Source of the DNA: Candidatus Heimdallarchaeota archaeon | Lineage (GTDB): Archaea; Asgardarchaeota; Heimdallarchaeia; Heimdallarchaeales; Heimdallarchaeaceae | DNA: 64,000 bases | Direction of reading: 5' to 3' | Assembly (NCBI GenBank): GCA_021399345.1 | Contig: JAAFKI010000112.1 | Coordinates: 1-64,000, forward strand | In this document: positions 1 to 10,211 of the stretch, piece by piece | Layout: every line of letters starts with the position of its first letter | Numbering within the stretch: position 1 is the first letter of the stretch | Translations under genes and position numbers: made by a program | The notes under the pieces: generated by a model | The model's database searches: none | What the model saw: only the letters and a program-made list of their open reading frames with translations | Told to the model about the DNA's origin: nothing

Positions 1-17
1 ATGTGTATAAGAGACAG
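1..17 (+). other. Residual Nextera/Tn5 mosaic-end adapter (library artefact)
   Basis: ATGTGTATAAGAGACAG equals the last 17 nt of the Tn5 mosaic end AGATGTGTATAAGAGACAG, at the very start of the sequence. Confidence 0.93.
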
Positions 18-77
18 TATTACAATAAAGCTGTACTTGTTTAGGAAGAATTATTGTAGTGGCTAGGGGTTCCCATT

Positions 78-875
78 ATGAAAAATCAAGAATCTAATGC
101 AAATTATTTCTTTGTTCGAGGGCAAAAAGATTTCCAAGAGGGTGACTTTCAAAATTGTATTAAGGACCTAATTTATGCCCAAGAGATTTTTTCCTCAATT
201 GGTAACAAAGAGCAATCTGCTGAGACATTGTTATTATTAGGTACTGCTTACCACAACATAAACCAGTTTTCACAAGCTCGTCAGTTTTATTCATTAGCTA
301 TAAGCAGATTCCAAGAATTAAATCAATCACAAAAAATAGGCGAATGTGTTCTACTTCTAGGAGAAATTTACCGAGAAGAAGGGGAATTCAAAAAAAGCAA
401 GCAATACTTAGCTAAAGCCACTGATATTTTTACTAATTTGAGTAATCTGGAAAAACTTGGTGATTCCTGGAAAGAGCTTGCTCTTACCTACCAAACAGAT
501 TTAGTAGAATATTCTGCCTATCCAGCAAGAGCCGTTAATGCTTATAAAAAGGCTATTGAAATATATAAGAAAATTAAAGCACTTGATAAAAAAGCCGAAG
601 TAGAAAATGATTTGGGCCATTTGTTAGTATCCCAAACCAAATATGAAGAATCTTTAAAAGTCTTCCAAAATGCTCTGAATCATTTCAAAAAGCAAAAAGA
701 CAAAGATCAAATCATTGCATTGTCTATTTTAATTGGGAGAGTATTTTTTGAATTGGACAAGAAATCAAAAGCTAAGGACTACATGTTCAAAGCTATAGAT
801 GAAATGAAAAATTTTCAATATTCAACTGAGAAAATAAATCAACTCAAACAAACAATTCTAACAATGTTCAATTGA
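78..875 (+). CDS. Tetratricopeptide-repeat protein
   Basis: Repeated helical units such as A..L..LG..Y....F..A...Y..A. Confidence 0.85.
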   Translation: MKNQESNANYFFVRGQKDFQEGDFQNCIKDLIYAQEIFSSIGNKEQSAETLLLLGTAYHNINQFSQARQFYSLAISRFQELNQSQKIGECVLLLGEIYREEGEFKKSKQYLAKATDIFTNLSNLEKLGDSWKELALTYQTDLVEYSAYPARAVNAYKKAIEIYKKIKALDKKAEVENDLGHLLVSQTKYEESLKVFQNALNHFKKQKDKDQIIALSILIGRVFFELDKKSKAKDYMFKAIDEMKNFQYSTEKINQLKQTILTMFN

Positions 876-878
876 GTC

Positions 879-2486
879 CTATTTGTTTAAAATTCTTTTA
901 TAGTCTGTTTCTAAAGATTCATGTGGAGTTATAATCTCAATTTGTTTAAACTTTTGTGGAGCAGTTACTAAATCATAAAGGAATTTCATATCAAAATCTT
1001 CATAGTTTTTTGTATCCAATATTGATTTAGGCACCCTATGTCCTAGAATTTGGTATCCTGTAAAAGTACGCTTCTTCTTCTTTGAGTCTTTTTCGCTAAT
1101 TGTTGTACCCACTAAGAGAAGTGATAATAATTCATCATTCTGGTTTAGTGCATTTATTGCAAACATCTCCAAATGATTCAAGATGTCGTCTCTACTGTTC
1201 TGATATGAGAAGCCTGTAACTATATCTCGTTGTGTATACTGATTCTTAATACTGTTAAGTAATCTTTTCTCCAAAAAATCTCTTTTAACACCAAAAACCG
1301 CATCTGAATCACTTACTGAATTTCTAAAATTAATTTGTTTGCCTTTTTTCCCAACGAGATTATCTTCATTTGTCTTAATTCTTAATCCTTTAAGCCTTTG
1401 AGATGTTTGTGGTGAAGTCTCCAAATCGTAAACCATTGAAGCTCCCATGATGATAGAAAGAGTGTATGCATAATTCTTCCTTATTCTTCTTTGTTCCTCA
1501 TCTTTCAGGTTTTTCATTTGACGTATTGCTTTCTCGAAATAAACAAGTGACACCTTATAATCCTTGAAATTGCCTATTCCATTTGCAATTCCATAGTAAT
1601 AAAGAGATCTTTTATCCTTGGGTAGATTCTCAATAAACAAATTGATTTCTTTCAAAGAGCGTTCAACTAGGTTTTCAGAAAGTTTTAGAAAACTTACAAG
1701 TATAGAAAGTCTTCGGGTTGCTTCATAATCTGATTTGAATTGTTTGATAGTTTTAAGTACAATAGTGACACCTTTCAAAATCATATCTTGGTTCTTAGGG
1801 TTGGCAACAAGTTCTGGGCTTTCTGAAAAGATCTGAAGAAAATAATCAGCAGGCATAATCAGCTTATTCTTAGGATATTTCTTTGTTGTAATGAGTTCAA
1901 TTACATATGAGCAATATTCAGCAGCTTTACTGTACTCTTTTTTGAAAAAGTGCATCAAACCAATATTAACATCACAATAAACTATGTTTTCATAGAATTC
2001 ATTCTTTTCAGAGATTTCCTTAGATTTAAGCAAAAATTCCACAGCTTTGTCCTTCAAAACAGTTCTATTTATAACAAACATGAGATTTAGAACTCTTACT
2101 ATAAGCCTAGGTTCATTCAGCTCTTCAGCTATAGAATTTGCACGATTAACAGATTTGGTTGCCCCCTCAAAATCATTAACTAGAAGAAATGAATCAGTTA
2201 AAGTGAGATAAAAGAACGCACTCAAATACTTAGGAACCAGTTTAAGCAAGGGTTTAGTAGCTTTTAATATAATCAAGGCTTCTTTGCGTTTTTCTTTGTT
2301 AAGAAATAATTTACTCTCATATAATAGATGTTCAACAAACTTCTCTATTGAAAAGTTAGAGTCTAACCCAAGATGGGTGAGAATTTCTTTAAATTTACTC
2401 CTGTCCTTTACATTGACAGCGAATTCATCAAGGTTTATTCCTTTCAAATAATTATGAAGGCCAACTGTCATTGATAGCAATTCCAT
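879..2486 (-). CDS. TPR-containing hypothetical protein
   Basis: 535 aa ORF with TPR-like segments (VNIGLMHFFKKEYSKAAEY) and an unassigned C-terminal domain. Confidence 0.65.
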   Translation of the reverse strand: MELLSMTVGLHNYLKGINLDEFAVNVKDRSKFKEILTHLGLDSNFSIEKFVEHLLYESKLFLNKEKRKEALIILKATKPLLKLVPKYLSAFFYLTLTDSFLLVNDFEGATKSVNRANSIAEELNEPRLIVRVLNLMFVINRTVLKDKAVEFLLKSKEISEKNEFYENIVYCDVNIGLMHFFKKEYSKAAEYCSYVIELITTKKYPKNKLIMPADYFLQIFSESPELVANPKNQDMILKGVTIVLKTIKQFKSDYEATRRLSILVSFLKLSENLVERSLKEINLFIENLPKDKRSLYYYGIANGIGNFKDYKVSLVYFEKAIRQMKNLKDEEQRRIRKNYAYTLSIIMGASMVYDLETSPQTSQRLKGLRIKTNEDNLVGKKGKQINFRNSVSDSDAVFGVKRDFLEKRLLNSIKNQYTQRDIVTGFSYQNSRDDILNHLEMFAINALNQNDELLSLLLVGTTISEKDSKKKKRTFTGYQILGHRVPKSILDTKNYEDFDMKFLYDLVTAPQKFKQIEIITPHESLETDYKRILNK

Positions 2487-2538
2487 AAAATAAATAAATC
2501 TGTTTTGTTTGAAGGCTTAATAATTATCAAGTGAGAAA

Positions 2539-4035
2539 TTAGCTTATTTTTACGTCTAATTCCTCTTTTAATTTTGAAATCAAAACTGTAATTTGTTCTC
2601 CAGATTTCATATCTCTAAGAGTGACTTTATCTTCATCTAAGTCTCTCTTTCCTATAATGATCATATTTGGTACATTTCTGTTTCCAGCATCCTCTAGTTG
2701 TCTTGAAAGTTTCCACCCAAATGGGTTGAAGACCACTGAAAAGTCTTTTCGTAAATCCTGAGCAATTTTTGCAGCAACTGTTATAACATCTTCTGAAATA
2801 GCAGCAACGTAAATCTCAGCGGGATGTTTATAGGAGGGAAACCTGTTTAATTTCTTCAAAATGGAATGAAGAACCGTTTCACCCATTCCTATTCCTGTTG
2901 CAGGGATTTTTCCACCACCAAAGCTTTCAACAAGTTGATCATATCTTCCACCTCCAGCTATTGCTCTAGCAACTGAACCTGTTCTGTCTAAAAATTCATA
3001 TACAACTCCAGTGTAGTAGTCCAAACCCCGAGCTATTGACATATCAAATTCACAGTTTTCAATAACATCAAAAGATTCTAGATAGGTTAGTAACTCTTCC
3101 ATATTCTCTATGGCAAGTTTAACCCTATCACCTACTTCAAGAGATTTCAGAGCTACAATAACATCTTGAGGAATTCCTTTGATTAAAGTAAAATCATATA
3201 CCTTGGATGTCTGTTCTGGATTAAGACCTATGTTCTCTAAAGCAGCTTTAACTTCTTTTTCTTCAATTATCATTAATTTATCAAGATATTGTGCCAAGTT
3301 AGATTTGCTCTCTATATCAGGATAGTTCTTTTCCTTTCTTGGATCTTGTTGCCAGATAGTTCGAAATTTCTGTGCAAGAACTTTGGACTCAGAAGATTTG
3401 TAACCATTTTTTATCAGATCAGCTTCAATTGCGTTCTGAACATATTTTCCTTTGGCATCAATAATTCTGATAACTTCTTCCTTCTTTTTAATATCAAGAA
3501 ATTCCAAATAGCTTTGTAGAAGCTCTCGGCTATTAATTACACAAACAAATTCTTCATCTTTTAATCCAACTGTTTTGATAATGCTTGTTGTTAAAGCAAT
3601 TATTTCTGCATCTGCTGCGGGATGATTTACACCTATAATATCGGCATTGAGTTGAAAATGTTCCTTCACTCTTCCTCTTTGGGGAGTCTCATCTCTGAAA
3701 ACTCTAGGGAGACAATACCATCGAATTGGTTTAGGATATCTTTGATGCTGATTGACTATTAATCTGGCTAAAGAAGGAGTCATCTCAGGACGAAGAACCA
3801 GTTTACGCTTTTCTCTATCTAGTAATCTATATGTCTCTGTAGCAAGATTTTGACCTGATTTGTATTCAATTAGTTTAGCATATTCTAAAATGGGTCCTTC
3901 ATATAGCTCATATCCAAATTGCTTAGATATATTATGCATGGCGTCGAATATTACTTTATATTCAGCATAATCCTCTGGATAGAAATCTCTATTTCCTTTT
4001 ATGCCTTTGAGTATCTCTTTGAGTTCGGAATCCAT
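2539..4035 (-). CDS. hisS: Histidine--tRNA ligase
   Basis: LRPEMTP, FRDETPQRGRVKEHFQ, ARGLDYYTG and GGGRYD motifs plus C-terminal anticodon-binding domain. Confidence 0.97.
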   Translation of the reverse strand: MDSELKEILKGIKGNRDFYPEDYAEYKVIFDAMHNISKQFGYELYEGPILEYAKLIEYKSGQNLATETYRLLDREKRKLVLRPEMTPSLARLIVNQHQRYPKPIRWYCLPRVFRDETPQRGRVKEHFQLNADIIGVNHPAADAEIIALTTSIIKTVGLKDEEFVCVINSRELLQSYLEFLDIKKKEEVIRIIDAKGKYVQNAIEADLIKNGYKSSESKVLAQKFRTIWQQDPRKEKNYPDIESKSNLAQYLDKLMIIEEKEVKAALENIGLNPEQTSKVYDFTLIKGIPQDVIVALKSLEVGDRVKLAIENMEELLTYLESFDVIENCEFDMSIARGLDYYTGVVYEFLDRTGSVARAIAGGGRYDQLVESFGGGKIPATGIGMGETVLHSILKKLNRFPSYKHPAEIYVAAISEDVITVAAKIAQDLRKDFSVVFNPFGWKLSRQLEDAGNRNVPNMIIIGKRDLDEDKVTLRDMKSGEQITVLISKLKEELDVKIS

Positions 4036-4098
4036 GATATAATCAGATATAGTTAAATTGAAAAATATTTAACAATTTTGTTCAAGAGAATTTTTGGA

Positions 4099-5079
4099 TT
4101 ATTCATCAATAACCGCGATTTCAAACATAGGTTGTTGTGTTTCAGACCAGAATGTTTGATTATCAATCATATATTTCACAAGATAGCTAGTTAAATCTGA
4201 CTCAGACAAATTAGTTCCTTTTTTAACACGCAAACCATGAATTTCTTTTATAAATTCAGTTAGAAGTTTCATCAGCAGATTAGTTCCTCTAAACTCTTCA
4301 CTTTTAGTAGTTACTAACCAACAAGAAGTTTGACTATCAGCAGCTGTTATAACTTGTCGTCCTCCAATCCGCATATATTCAAGTACAGATTCATCTCCGG
4401 AAGCAAACTTGTACCTAATTACTGGAAATAATCCTTTATCTAGAACTTTATTGTTAGCTGTCCTAATACGGGCTTCCACCATACCTTGCTCTGTTTTGAT
4501 GTAAGCGACGAAATAGTCAACTGTTATTCCTGCACTTATCAAATTAGAAATAATGGTATTTGCTAACCAGTCTACTGTTTTGTTGAGATTCTTACCAGTT
4601 ATAGGTGAAATAGAAAGAAAATCAATGGTGTGTTCTTCTGTTGAACTTTGGAAAATTTTGTTGATGGATTTAATTATTTCTTCGTTAATAGGTTGATCCC
4701 AAGTGTTGATAAGAACTAATACAGGAGACTCTTTCTTGATCCACTTAAGAGCACGGACAAACCATTGTTTTGACTCATCAATCTTTTCTTCTTTTGTAGC
4801 ATCCACAACATAAATCAAAGCGTCTGATCGAGAGATATAGCTTTGCCATAGTGAGTTTCTAAAAGGTTCCTTTCCACCAAGGTCAGTTAAACCTAAATTT
4901 AATCCATTTATTTTAACAATTTCCTGATTAATGCCATAAGTTGAATAGGTTTCTGAAATTTCATCACTCAATAATTTGTTAACTATAGCTGTTTTACCAA
5001 CACCATCTAGACCTGCAATTGAGACTGATAAATCTCTAGAGGATGATACCCATTCATTACCTTGATTTGACTCCAACAA
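4099..5079 (-). CDS. Arf-like small GTPase with C-terminal longin/roadblock-like domain
   Basis: G1 GLDGVGKT, G2 TYGIN, G3 DLGG, Arf-type LWQSY and IYVVDA; ~140 aa alpha/beta C-terminal extension. Confidence 0.8.
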   Translation of the reverse strand: MLESNQGNEWVSSSRDLSVSIAGLDGVGKTAIVNKLLSDEISETYSTYGINQEIVKINGLNLGLTDLGGKEPFRNSLWQSYISRSDALIYVVDATKEEKIDESKQWFVRALKWIKKESPVLVLINTWDQPINEEIIKSINKIFQSSTEEHTIDFLSISPITGKNLNKTVDWLANTIISNLISAGITVDYFVAYIKTEQGMVEARIRTANNKVLDKGLFPVIRYKFASGDESVLEYMRIGGRQVITAADSQTSCWLVTTKSEEFRGTNLLMKLLTEFIKEIHGLRVKKGTNLSESDLTSYLVKYMIDNQTFWSETQQPMFEIAVIDE

Positions 5080-5348
5080 TATTACTCACTTCTGCTCTGA
5101 TTCATTAGACAACTTCGAATCGACAGAAAACCCCATTAACATATTCACTCGGACTCTTAAAAATATTTGCAGAGAGGTAAAAAAGAGTTTAAAGAATAGT
5201 GTCAATAGTTTGAGAGTATTCAGAAGATAAGTAAAACAGCAATTTTAAGCCTTAAGAATTTTTTTTCAAGACAGCAAGAGTTATATATCAATGAATAGAC
5301 AAATTTTCTTGTTCAATAGACACTTAAAATTAAACTGAGGTTAAGAAA

Positions 5349-6983
5349 ATGTACGGACAACCTGTTTATATATTAAAGGAAGGAACCGAAAGGACAAGAG
5401 GAAAGGATGCTCAGAGAAATAACATTACAGCTGCAAGAGCTGTATCTGAAGCTATACGTTCAGCCTTAGGGCCAAAAGGTATGGATAAGATGCTCATTGA
5501 TAATTTTGGAGATACCACAGTTACCAACGATGGTGCAACTATCCTTAAGGAAATCGAAGTAAGTCACCCAGCTGCCAAATTTGTTATTGATCTAGCTAAA
5601 ACCCAAGATCAAGAAACAGGCGATGGTACAACTACTGTTGTAGTTATTGCTGGTGAACTACTCAAACAAGCTGAAGAATTATTAGATTTGGATATTCATC
5701 CTACTTCTATTATTGAAGGTTATAGATTATCTCGTTTTCAAGCTGAAAAGATATTGGAAGAAATAGCAATTGATGTTGCCTTTGAAGATGATAAAACCCT
5801 AAAAGCAGTTGCTGAGACTTCTATGTCTTCTAAAATAGTTAGCGGTGAGAAGGGTCCCCTTTCAAAAATCATTGTTAAAGCAGTAAAATCTATTACTGAG
5901 GAAATAGATGGGGAATTATTCGCCGATATTGATAATATTCAAATTCAGAAGAAGAAAGGTGGAAGCTTAGTTGATACTGAATTAATTGATGGTATTATTC
6001 TAGATAAAGAATTTGTACATGCAGATATGCCTAAGAAAATTGATGGCGCAAAGATTCTGTTGTTAGACAAGGGTCTAGAACTAAGTAAAACTGAAATTGA
6101 TGCCAAGATTAACATCACTAGTCCAGATCAAATCCAAGCATTTCTTGATAATGAACATGAAATGTTAAAGGAAATGGCTGATAAAATCATTGCTTCAGGA
6201 GCTAATGTGGTTCTTTGTCAGAAAGGTATTGATGATATTATTCAACACTATCTAGCCAAGAAGGGAATTGGAGCAGTTAGAAGAATCAAGAAAAGTGATA
6301 TGGAAAAACTAGCCAAAGCCACTGGTGCACAAATCACCACAAGTTTAGATGATATTGAAGACTACATTGGTAAAGCTCAAGTTGCTGAAGAAAAATCTAT
6401 CGCAGACGATAATATGATTTTTATAACTGGTTGTGATAATCCTAAAGCTGTTTCTATCATCATTAGAGGTGGAACAGAAATGATTGTTGATGAAGCTGAC
6501 AGAGCAATTCATGATGCTTTATGTGTTGTTCGTCAGGTTATTCATGACAAGCAAGTTGTTCCAGGTGGTGGTGCCCCAGAATTAAGGATTAGCCATAAAC
6601 TTGGTGATTTCGCAATGGGTCAAACCAGTAAAGTTCAATTAGCAGTCGAAAAGTTTGCCAAAGCGATGGAAATTATTCCAAGAACATTAGCAGAAAATGC
6701 GGGATTGGATCCAATAGATGTTCTCTCTGAATTACACGTTCAACACGCTAAAGATGGACAGGGATATGGTGTGAATCCTTTCAAATCCAAGGTTGATGAC
6801 ATGACCAAACTTAGTGTCTTTGAGCCAATTTCAGTTAAGAAACAAGCAATCAATAGTGCTGCTGAAGCAGCGGAAATGATTCTCCGAATAGATGATGTCA
6901 TCGCGGCTAAAGAATTATCAGGTGGTCCAGGAATGCCTCCAGGTGGTCCAGGTGGTCCTGGTGGAATGGACGAGGATTATTAA
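5349..6983 (+). CDS. ths: Thermosome (group II chaperonin) subunit
   Basis: LGPKGMDKM, TNDGATIL, GDGTTT, GGGAPE; GGPGGM tail. Confidence 0.97.
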   Translation: MYGQPVYILKEGTERTRGKDAQRNNITAARAVSEAIRSALGPKGMDKMLIDNFGDTTVTNDGATILKEIEVSHPAAKFVIDLAKTQDQETGDGTTTVVVIAGELLKQAEELLDLDIHPTSIIEGYRLSRFQAEKILEEIAIDVAFEDDKTLKAVAETSMSSKIVSGEKGPLSKIIVKAVKSITEEIDGELFADIDNIQIQKKKGGSLVDTELIDGIILDKEFVHADMPKKIDGAKILLLDKGLELSKTEIDAKINITSPDQIQAFLDNEHEMLKEMADKIIASGANVVLCQKGIDDIIQHYLAKKGIGAVRRIKKSDMEKLAKATGAQITTSLDDIEDYIGKAQVAEEKSIADDNMIFITGCDNPKAVSIIIRGGTEMIVDEADRAIHDALCVVRQVIHDKQVVPGGGAPELRISHKLGDFAMGQTSKVQLAVEKFAKAMEIIPRTLAENAGLDPIDVLSELHVQHAKDGQGYGVNPFKSKVDDMTKLSVFEPISVKKQAINSAAEAAEMILRIDDVIAAKELSGGPGMPPGGPGGPGGMDEDY

Positions 6984-6994
6984 TCCTACCTCCT

Positions 6995-7012
6995 ACTCTT
7001 TTTTTATTTTAA
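6995..7012 (+). terminator. Archaeal oligo-T terminator after the thermosome gene
   Basis: T-rich tract (TCTTTTTTTATTTT) just after the stop, between convergent genes. Confidence 0.5.
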
Positions 7013-7033
7013 TTATTATTTAAAACAGAATAT

Positions 7034-7246
7034 TTAGACTCTATAAGTCTTCAATGCACTTGTTATTTTATGTAGCATATCCTCAGTAACTTTGTCTGAT
7101 TCAAGTTCTACTATTGCTACCCAAGTAGAATAAGCTGCTTCTCTTACTTCCTTGTTATGGTCAGTCATACCATCGACTATGATATCGACTACTTCAGTTG
7201 TAAGAGGTAGACCTTCTTTCTTTATTTTGGTTGGAGTATACGACAT
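7034..7246 (-). CDS. Small HEAT-repeat-like protein
   Basis: GMTDHNKEVREAA resembles the HEAT motif L.D....VR.AA; fills the intergenic gap. Confidence 0.55.
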   Translation of the reverse strand: MSYTPTKIKKEGLPLTTEVVDIIVDGMTDHNKEVREAAYSTWVAIVELESDKVTEDMLHKITSALKTYRV

Positions 7247-7379
7247 TTTCCCCCGTCTTTATTTATTTGAATTCTTTAAAAATGTTTTTCATGAACGTCT
7301 AATTTATTAAGAAAATGCATTTTAAGCGAAATTATACTATTAGGCTGTAATGCAAAAAAAATAAAAAGAATAGAGTAAA

Positions 7380-8558
7380 TTATGATGATTTGACTCTTTC
7401 AGCAACTGCTTTACCTAGTTGTTTAGCTTGTTCTAAAACTTCATCTGTAGGAGAACCCTTAAACTCTAGCAGAGGTTCAACAACTTCCCAATCTAATTCT
7501 TGTACTTGATCAGCGGCTTGTTTTAAAGCTCTACCACTCCACATAGAAGAACCAAAGAAACCAACAATTCTTTCCTTTAGGTCTTTTCGTTTAATTAGGT
7601 GCAAATAATATGAAGCATTTAAAAATGGACCACCATCATATGTTGGAAATCCTAAAATAACCCCTTTGTACTTCCAAGTCTCTTTTATCAAATAACTGAG
7701 ATGGTCAGCAGAGAAATTCAAGACTTTAACGGGAAGACCAGCTTCTTTAATTCCTTCAACCACATGATTTACAACTTTCGCTGTGTTTCCATACATTGAT
7801 CCCCATATAACTACAACACCTGGTATTGCCATCCTATCAGAAAGATGTATGTACAAATCAATGATTCTTTGAGGATTTTTTCGCCATATAAGTCCATGAG
7901 CAGGAGCAATAATTTTGATATCTAATCCTGCTAACTTCTCCATTGCCTTCTTGACATATTTAACATATTTTGCTACAATGTTACTGAAATAACGGATAGT
8001 TTCTTCATAGTAAATATCGGGATCACACTCATCATCAAATAAACCAAAATCCAGAGCTTTGTATGACCCAAATGCATCACATGAGAACAGAATTTTATCT
8101 TTAGTATCATAGGTAATCATTGTTTCAGGCCAATGAACCAAAGGATCCATATAGAAAACCAGTTCTCGACCCCCCAAATCCAGTTTTTCACCTTCTTCAA
8201 CAACGTGAATATTTTCTGTTATTCCGTAAAGACTATCGAGCATTCCTTCAGCTTTTTTAGAACAGTAAATTGTTGCATTTGGGACCTTTTCTAGAAGACG
8301 AGGTAAAGAGCTGCTATGATCAGGTTCAATGTGATTCAGAATAATATAATCTATATCAAAAGAGGTAACTTCCTCTACCTTTTTTAGAAATTCATCAACA
8401 AAGGGTATTTTCACTGTTTCAATTAGAGCTGTTTTTTCACCTTTAACGATGTAGCTGTTGTAACTTACTCCTTCAGGAATAGGCCAAAGCCCTTCAAATA
8501 ATTTTGTTAAATGATCATTTACACCAACATAATACACATCAGGAACTACTTCTTTCAT
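7380..8558 (-). CDS. fprA: Flavodiiron protein (FprA/A-type flavoprotein)
   Basis: NHIEPDH, HWPE, DAFG and HG iron ligands; flavodoxin domain SMYGNT; start moved to MKEVV. Confidence 0.93.
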   Translation of the reverse strand: MKEVVPDVYYVGVNDHLTKLFEGLWPIPEGVSYNSYIVKGEKTALIETVKIPFVDEFLKKVEEVTSFDIDYIILNHIEPDHSSSLPRLLEKVPNATIYCSKKAEGMLDSLYGITENIHVVEEGEKLDLGGRELVFYMDPLVHWPETMITYDTKDKILFSCDAFGSYKALDFGLFDDECDPDIYYEETIRYFSNIVAKYVKYVKKAMEKLAGLDIKIIAPAHGLIWRKNPQRIIDLYIHLSDRMAIPGVVVIWGSMYGNTAKVVNHVVEGIKEAGLPVKVLNFSADHLSYLIKETWKYKGVILGFPTYDGGPFLNASYYLHLIKRKDLKERIVGFFGSSMWSGRALKQAADQVQELDWEVVEPLLEFKGSPTDEVLEQAKQLGKAVAERVKSS

Positions 8559-8743
8559 TTTTATCAACATTTTCGGTTTAATTCTGACTAATTTAAAGTC
8601 TCTGTTTAGAGGTTTAACCTCAAAATCAATCAATGTAAACTCATGTGTTGAATTTAAAAATTTTAGGTTTTTTCAAACATTAAAAAAACACTCTTCTAAC
8701 CAAAATTCTTAACTAGTTTAACAAACTAGTATCTTTGTATAAA

Positions 8744-9691
8744 ATGGAACTCAAAGGGATAGATAAACAAATTCTCCAGAAGTTAAAAGAGTCAAAGCTC
8801 ACTTTGGAAAATATAGCTGTTTCAACTTCTGACGAGCTGATTAGAAAGATTGAAATTAGTAAGAAAGAGGCAATAAAAGTAATTGAAACTGCACAAAACG
8901 AACTGGGAATCCAACCAGTTACAGCTTTACAATTTCTAGAGGCAGAAGGTAAAAGGGGTAAAATCACCACTTCATCCTCAGAGTTTGATGGAATACTAGG
9001 TGGAGGGATCTGGACACAAGAACTGACTGAGGTAGCAGGTGGGTTTGGTTCAGGTAAAACTCAACTATGTTTTCAGCTTTGTATCAATGTTCAACTTCCT
9101 TTCGATGAAGGAGGATTAGAAGGAAATGCATTCTTTATTGATACTGAGAGAACTTTTTCTCCGAAAAGAATTGTCGAGATGGCAACTTATCGAGGATTGG
9201 AAGTAGAGGAGATCCTTGAAAATATCTATATAAATTCTGCACTTAATACGCATCATTTATTCAGTATAGTTGATACTCTTGATGAAATAATTCAAAAAAA
9301 GAACATTAAACTGCTTATAGTTGATTCTTTTGCTTCCCATTTCAGATCCGAATATATAGGTAAAGAGAGATTAGTTGAAAGACAACAAAAAATTATGCAA
9401 ATTGCAGAAGAGCTGATTTCTTTAGCAGTAAAATATGACCTTGCTGTTGTAGTAACTAATCAAATTATGGCGAATGTTGAAGAGTTTCTTTTTGGAAGTC
9501 CTGAAGAACCAGCTCTGGGTTTTGCATGGGCTCATAGACCTCAACAAAGAATATTTTTGAGAAAATCAAGGGGAAGCTCGAGAATAGCAAGACTATTTGA
9601 TAGTTCAAGAATGCCTGAAAGAGAGGCATTATTCTATGTCACAGAAAGTGGATTAACTGACGCACCATTTTCTTCAGATTTCTATTCGTAA
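8744..9691 (+). CDS. RadA/Rad51-family recombinase (divergent paralog)
   Basis: Walker A GGFGSGKT, FIDTERTF, Walker B LLIVDS, FRSEY..K..L.ERQQK; N-terminal HhH-like domain. Confidence 0.9.
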   Translation: MELKGIDKQILQKLKESKLTLENIAVSTSDELIRKIEISKKEAIKVIETAQNELGIQPVTALQFLEAEGKRGKITTSSSEFDGILGGGIWTQELTEVAGGFGSGKTQLCFQLCINVQLPFDEGGLEGNAFFIDTERTFSPKRIVEMATYRGLEVEEILENIYINSALNTHHLFSIVDTLDEIIQKKNIKLLIVDSFASHFRSEYIGKERLVERQQKIMQIAEELISLAVKYDLAVVVTNQIMANVEEFLFGSPEEPALGFAWAHRPQQRIFLRKSRGSSRIARLFDSSRMPEREALFYVTESGLTDAPFSSDFYS

Positions 9692-9757
9692 ACATTTCCA
9701 AAAAACAATGATTATAACAATAAGATGTTAAAATAGAAGTTTAAGTAAAGGTGGGAT

Positions 9758-10060
9758 TTAGCTGCTTTCTGAAGCCTTAGCTGGGGTTGCTGAATAAACT
9801 TTAGTTCTTCTTGATGCAACTATTAGCTCAATAATTTTGTTTTCTTCAGCTTCACGTAAGATTTTCTTTGCTGTGCTTACTCTGATATTGAATTTATCAG
9901 ACAAATAAGCAGGAGTAATCCCCTTAGCTCTTCGAATCTCTGCATCTATTTTCTTCCTTGTCTCTTCATCAGGAGTAAGATCACGAATCGTGGGAATGAA
10001 TTCCACTACGAGACCAAATTTTTTCTTCTTTCTGATTACTTTTCTTTCTCGTGAAGACAT
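9758..10060 (-). CDS. rps25e: Ribosomal protein eS25
   Basis: Basic N-terminus; ITPAYLSDKFNIRVSTAKKILRE winged-helix motif ending KVYS. Confidence 0.85.
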   Translation of the reverse strand: MSSRERKVIRKKKKFGLVVEFIPTIRDLTPDEETRKKIDAEIRRAKGITPAYLSDKFNIRVSTAKKILREAEENKIIELIVASRRTKVYSATPAKASESS

Positions 10061-10211
10061 TTCTCTCGTTTTTGCGTTTATGTGCTGACTTTTAAGTTAT
10101 TCGATTGAATTGTTTTTATGGTCTGCATATCGAAGAGAGAATACTGAAACATTCCCCGAAGTTTCTTTTCATTAACCACAACTTTGATAATATTCTCTAT
10201 CAAACTTTCTT

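Noticed and set aside
1-17. Genuine Tn5/IS50 transposon end
   Set aside because: It matches the synthetic mosaic end at the contig edge, with no transposase or partner end.
6921-6968. GGTGGTCC(A/T) repeats
   Set aside because: They encode the ordinary GGP/GGM tail of chaperonins.
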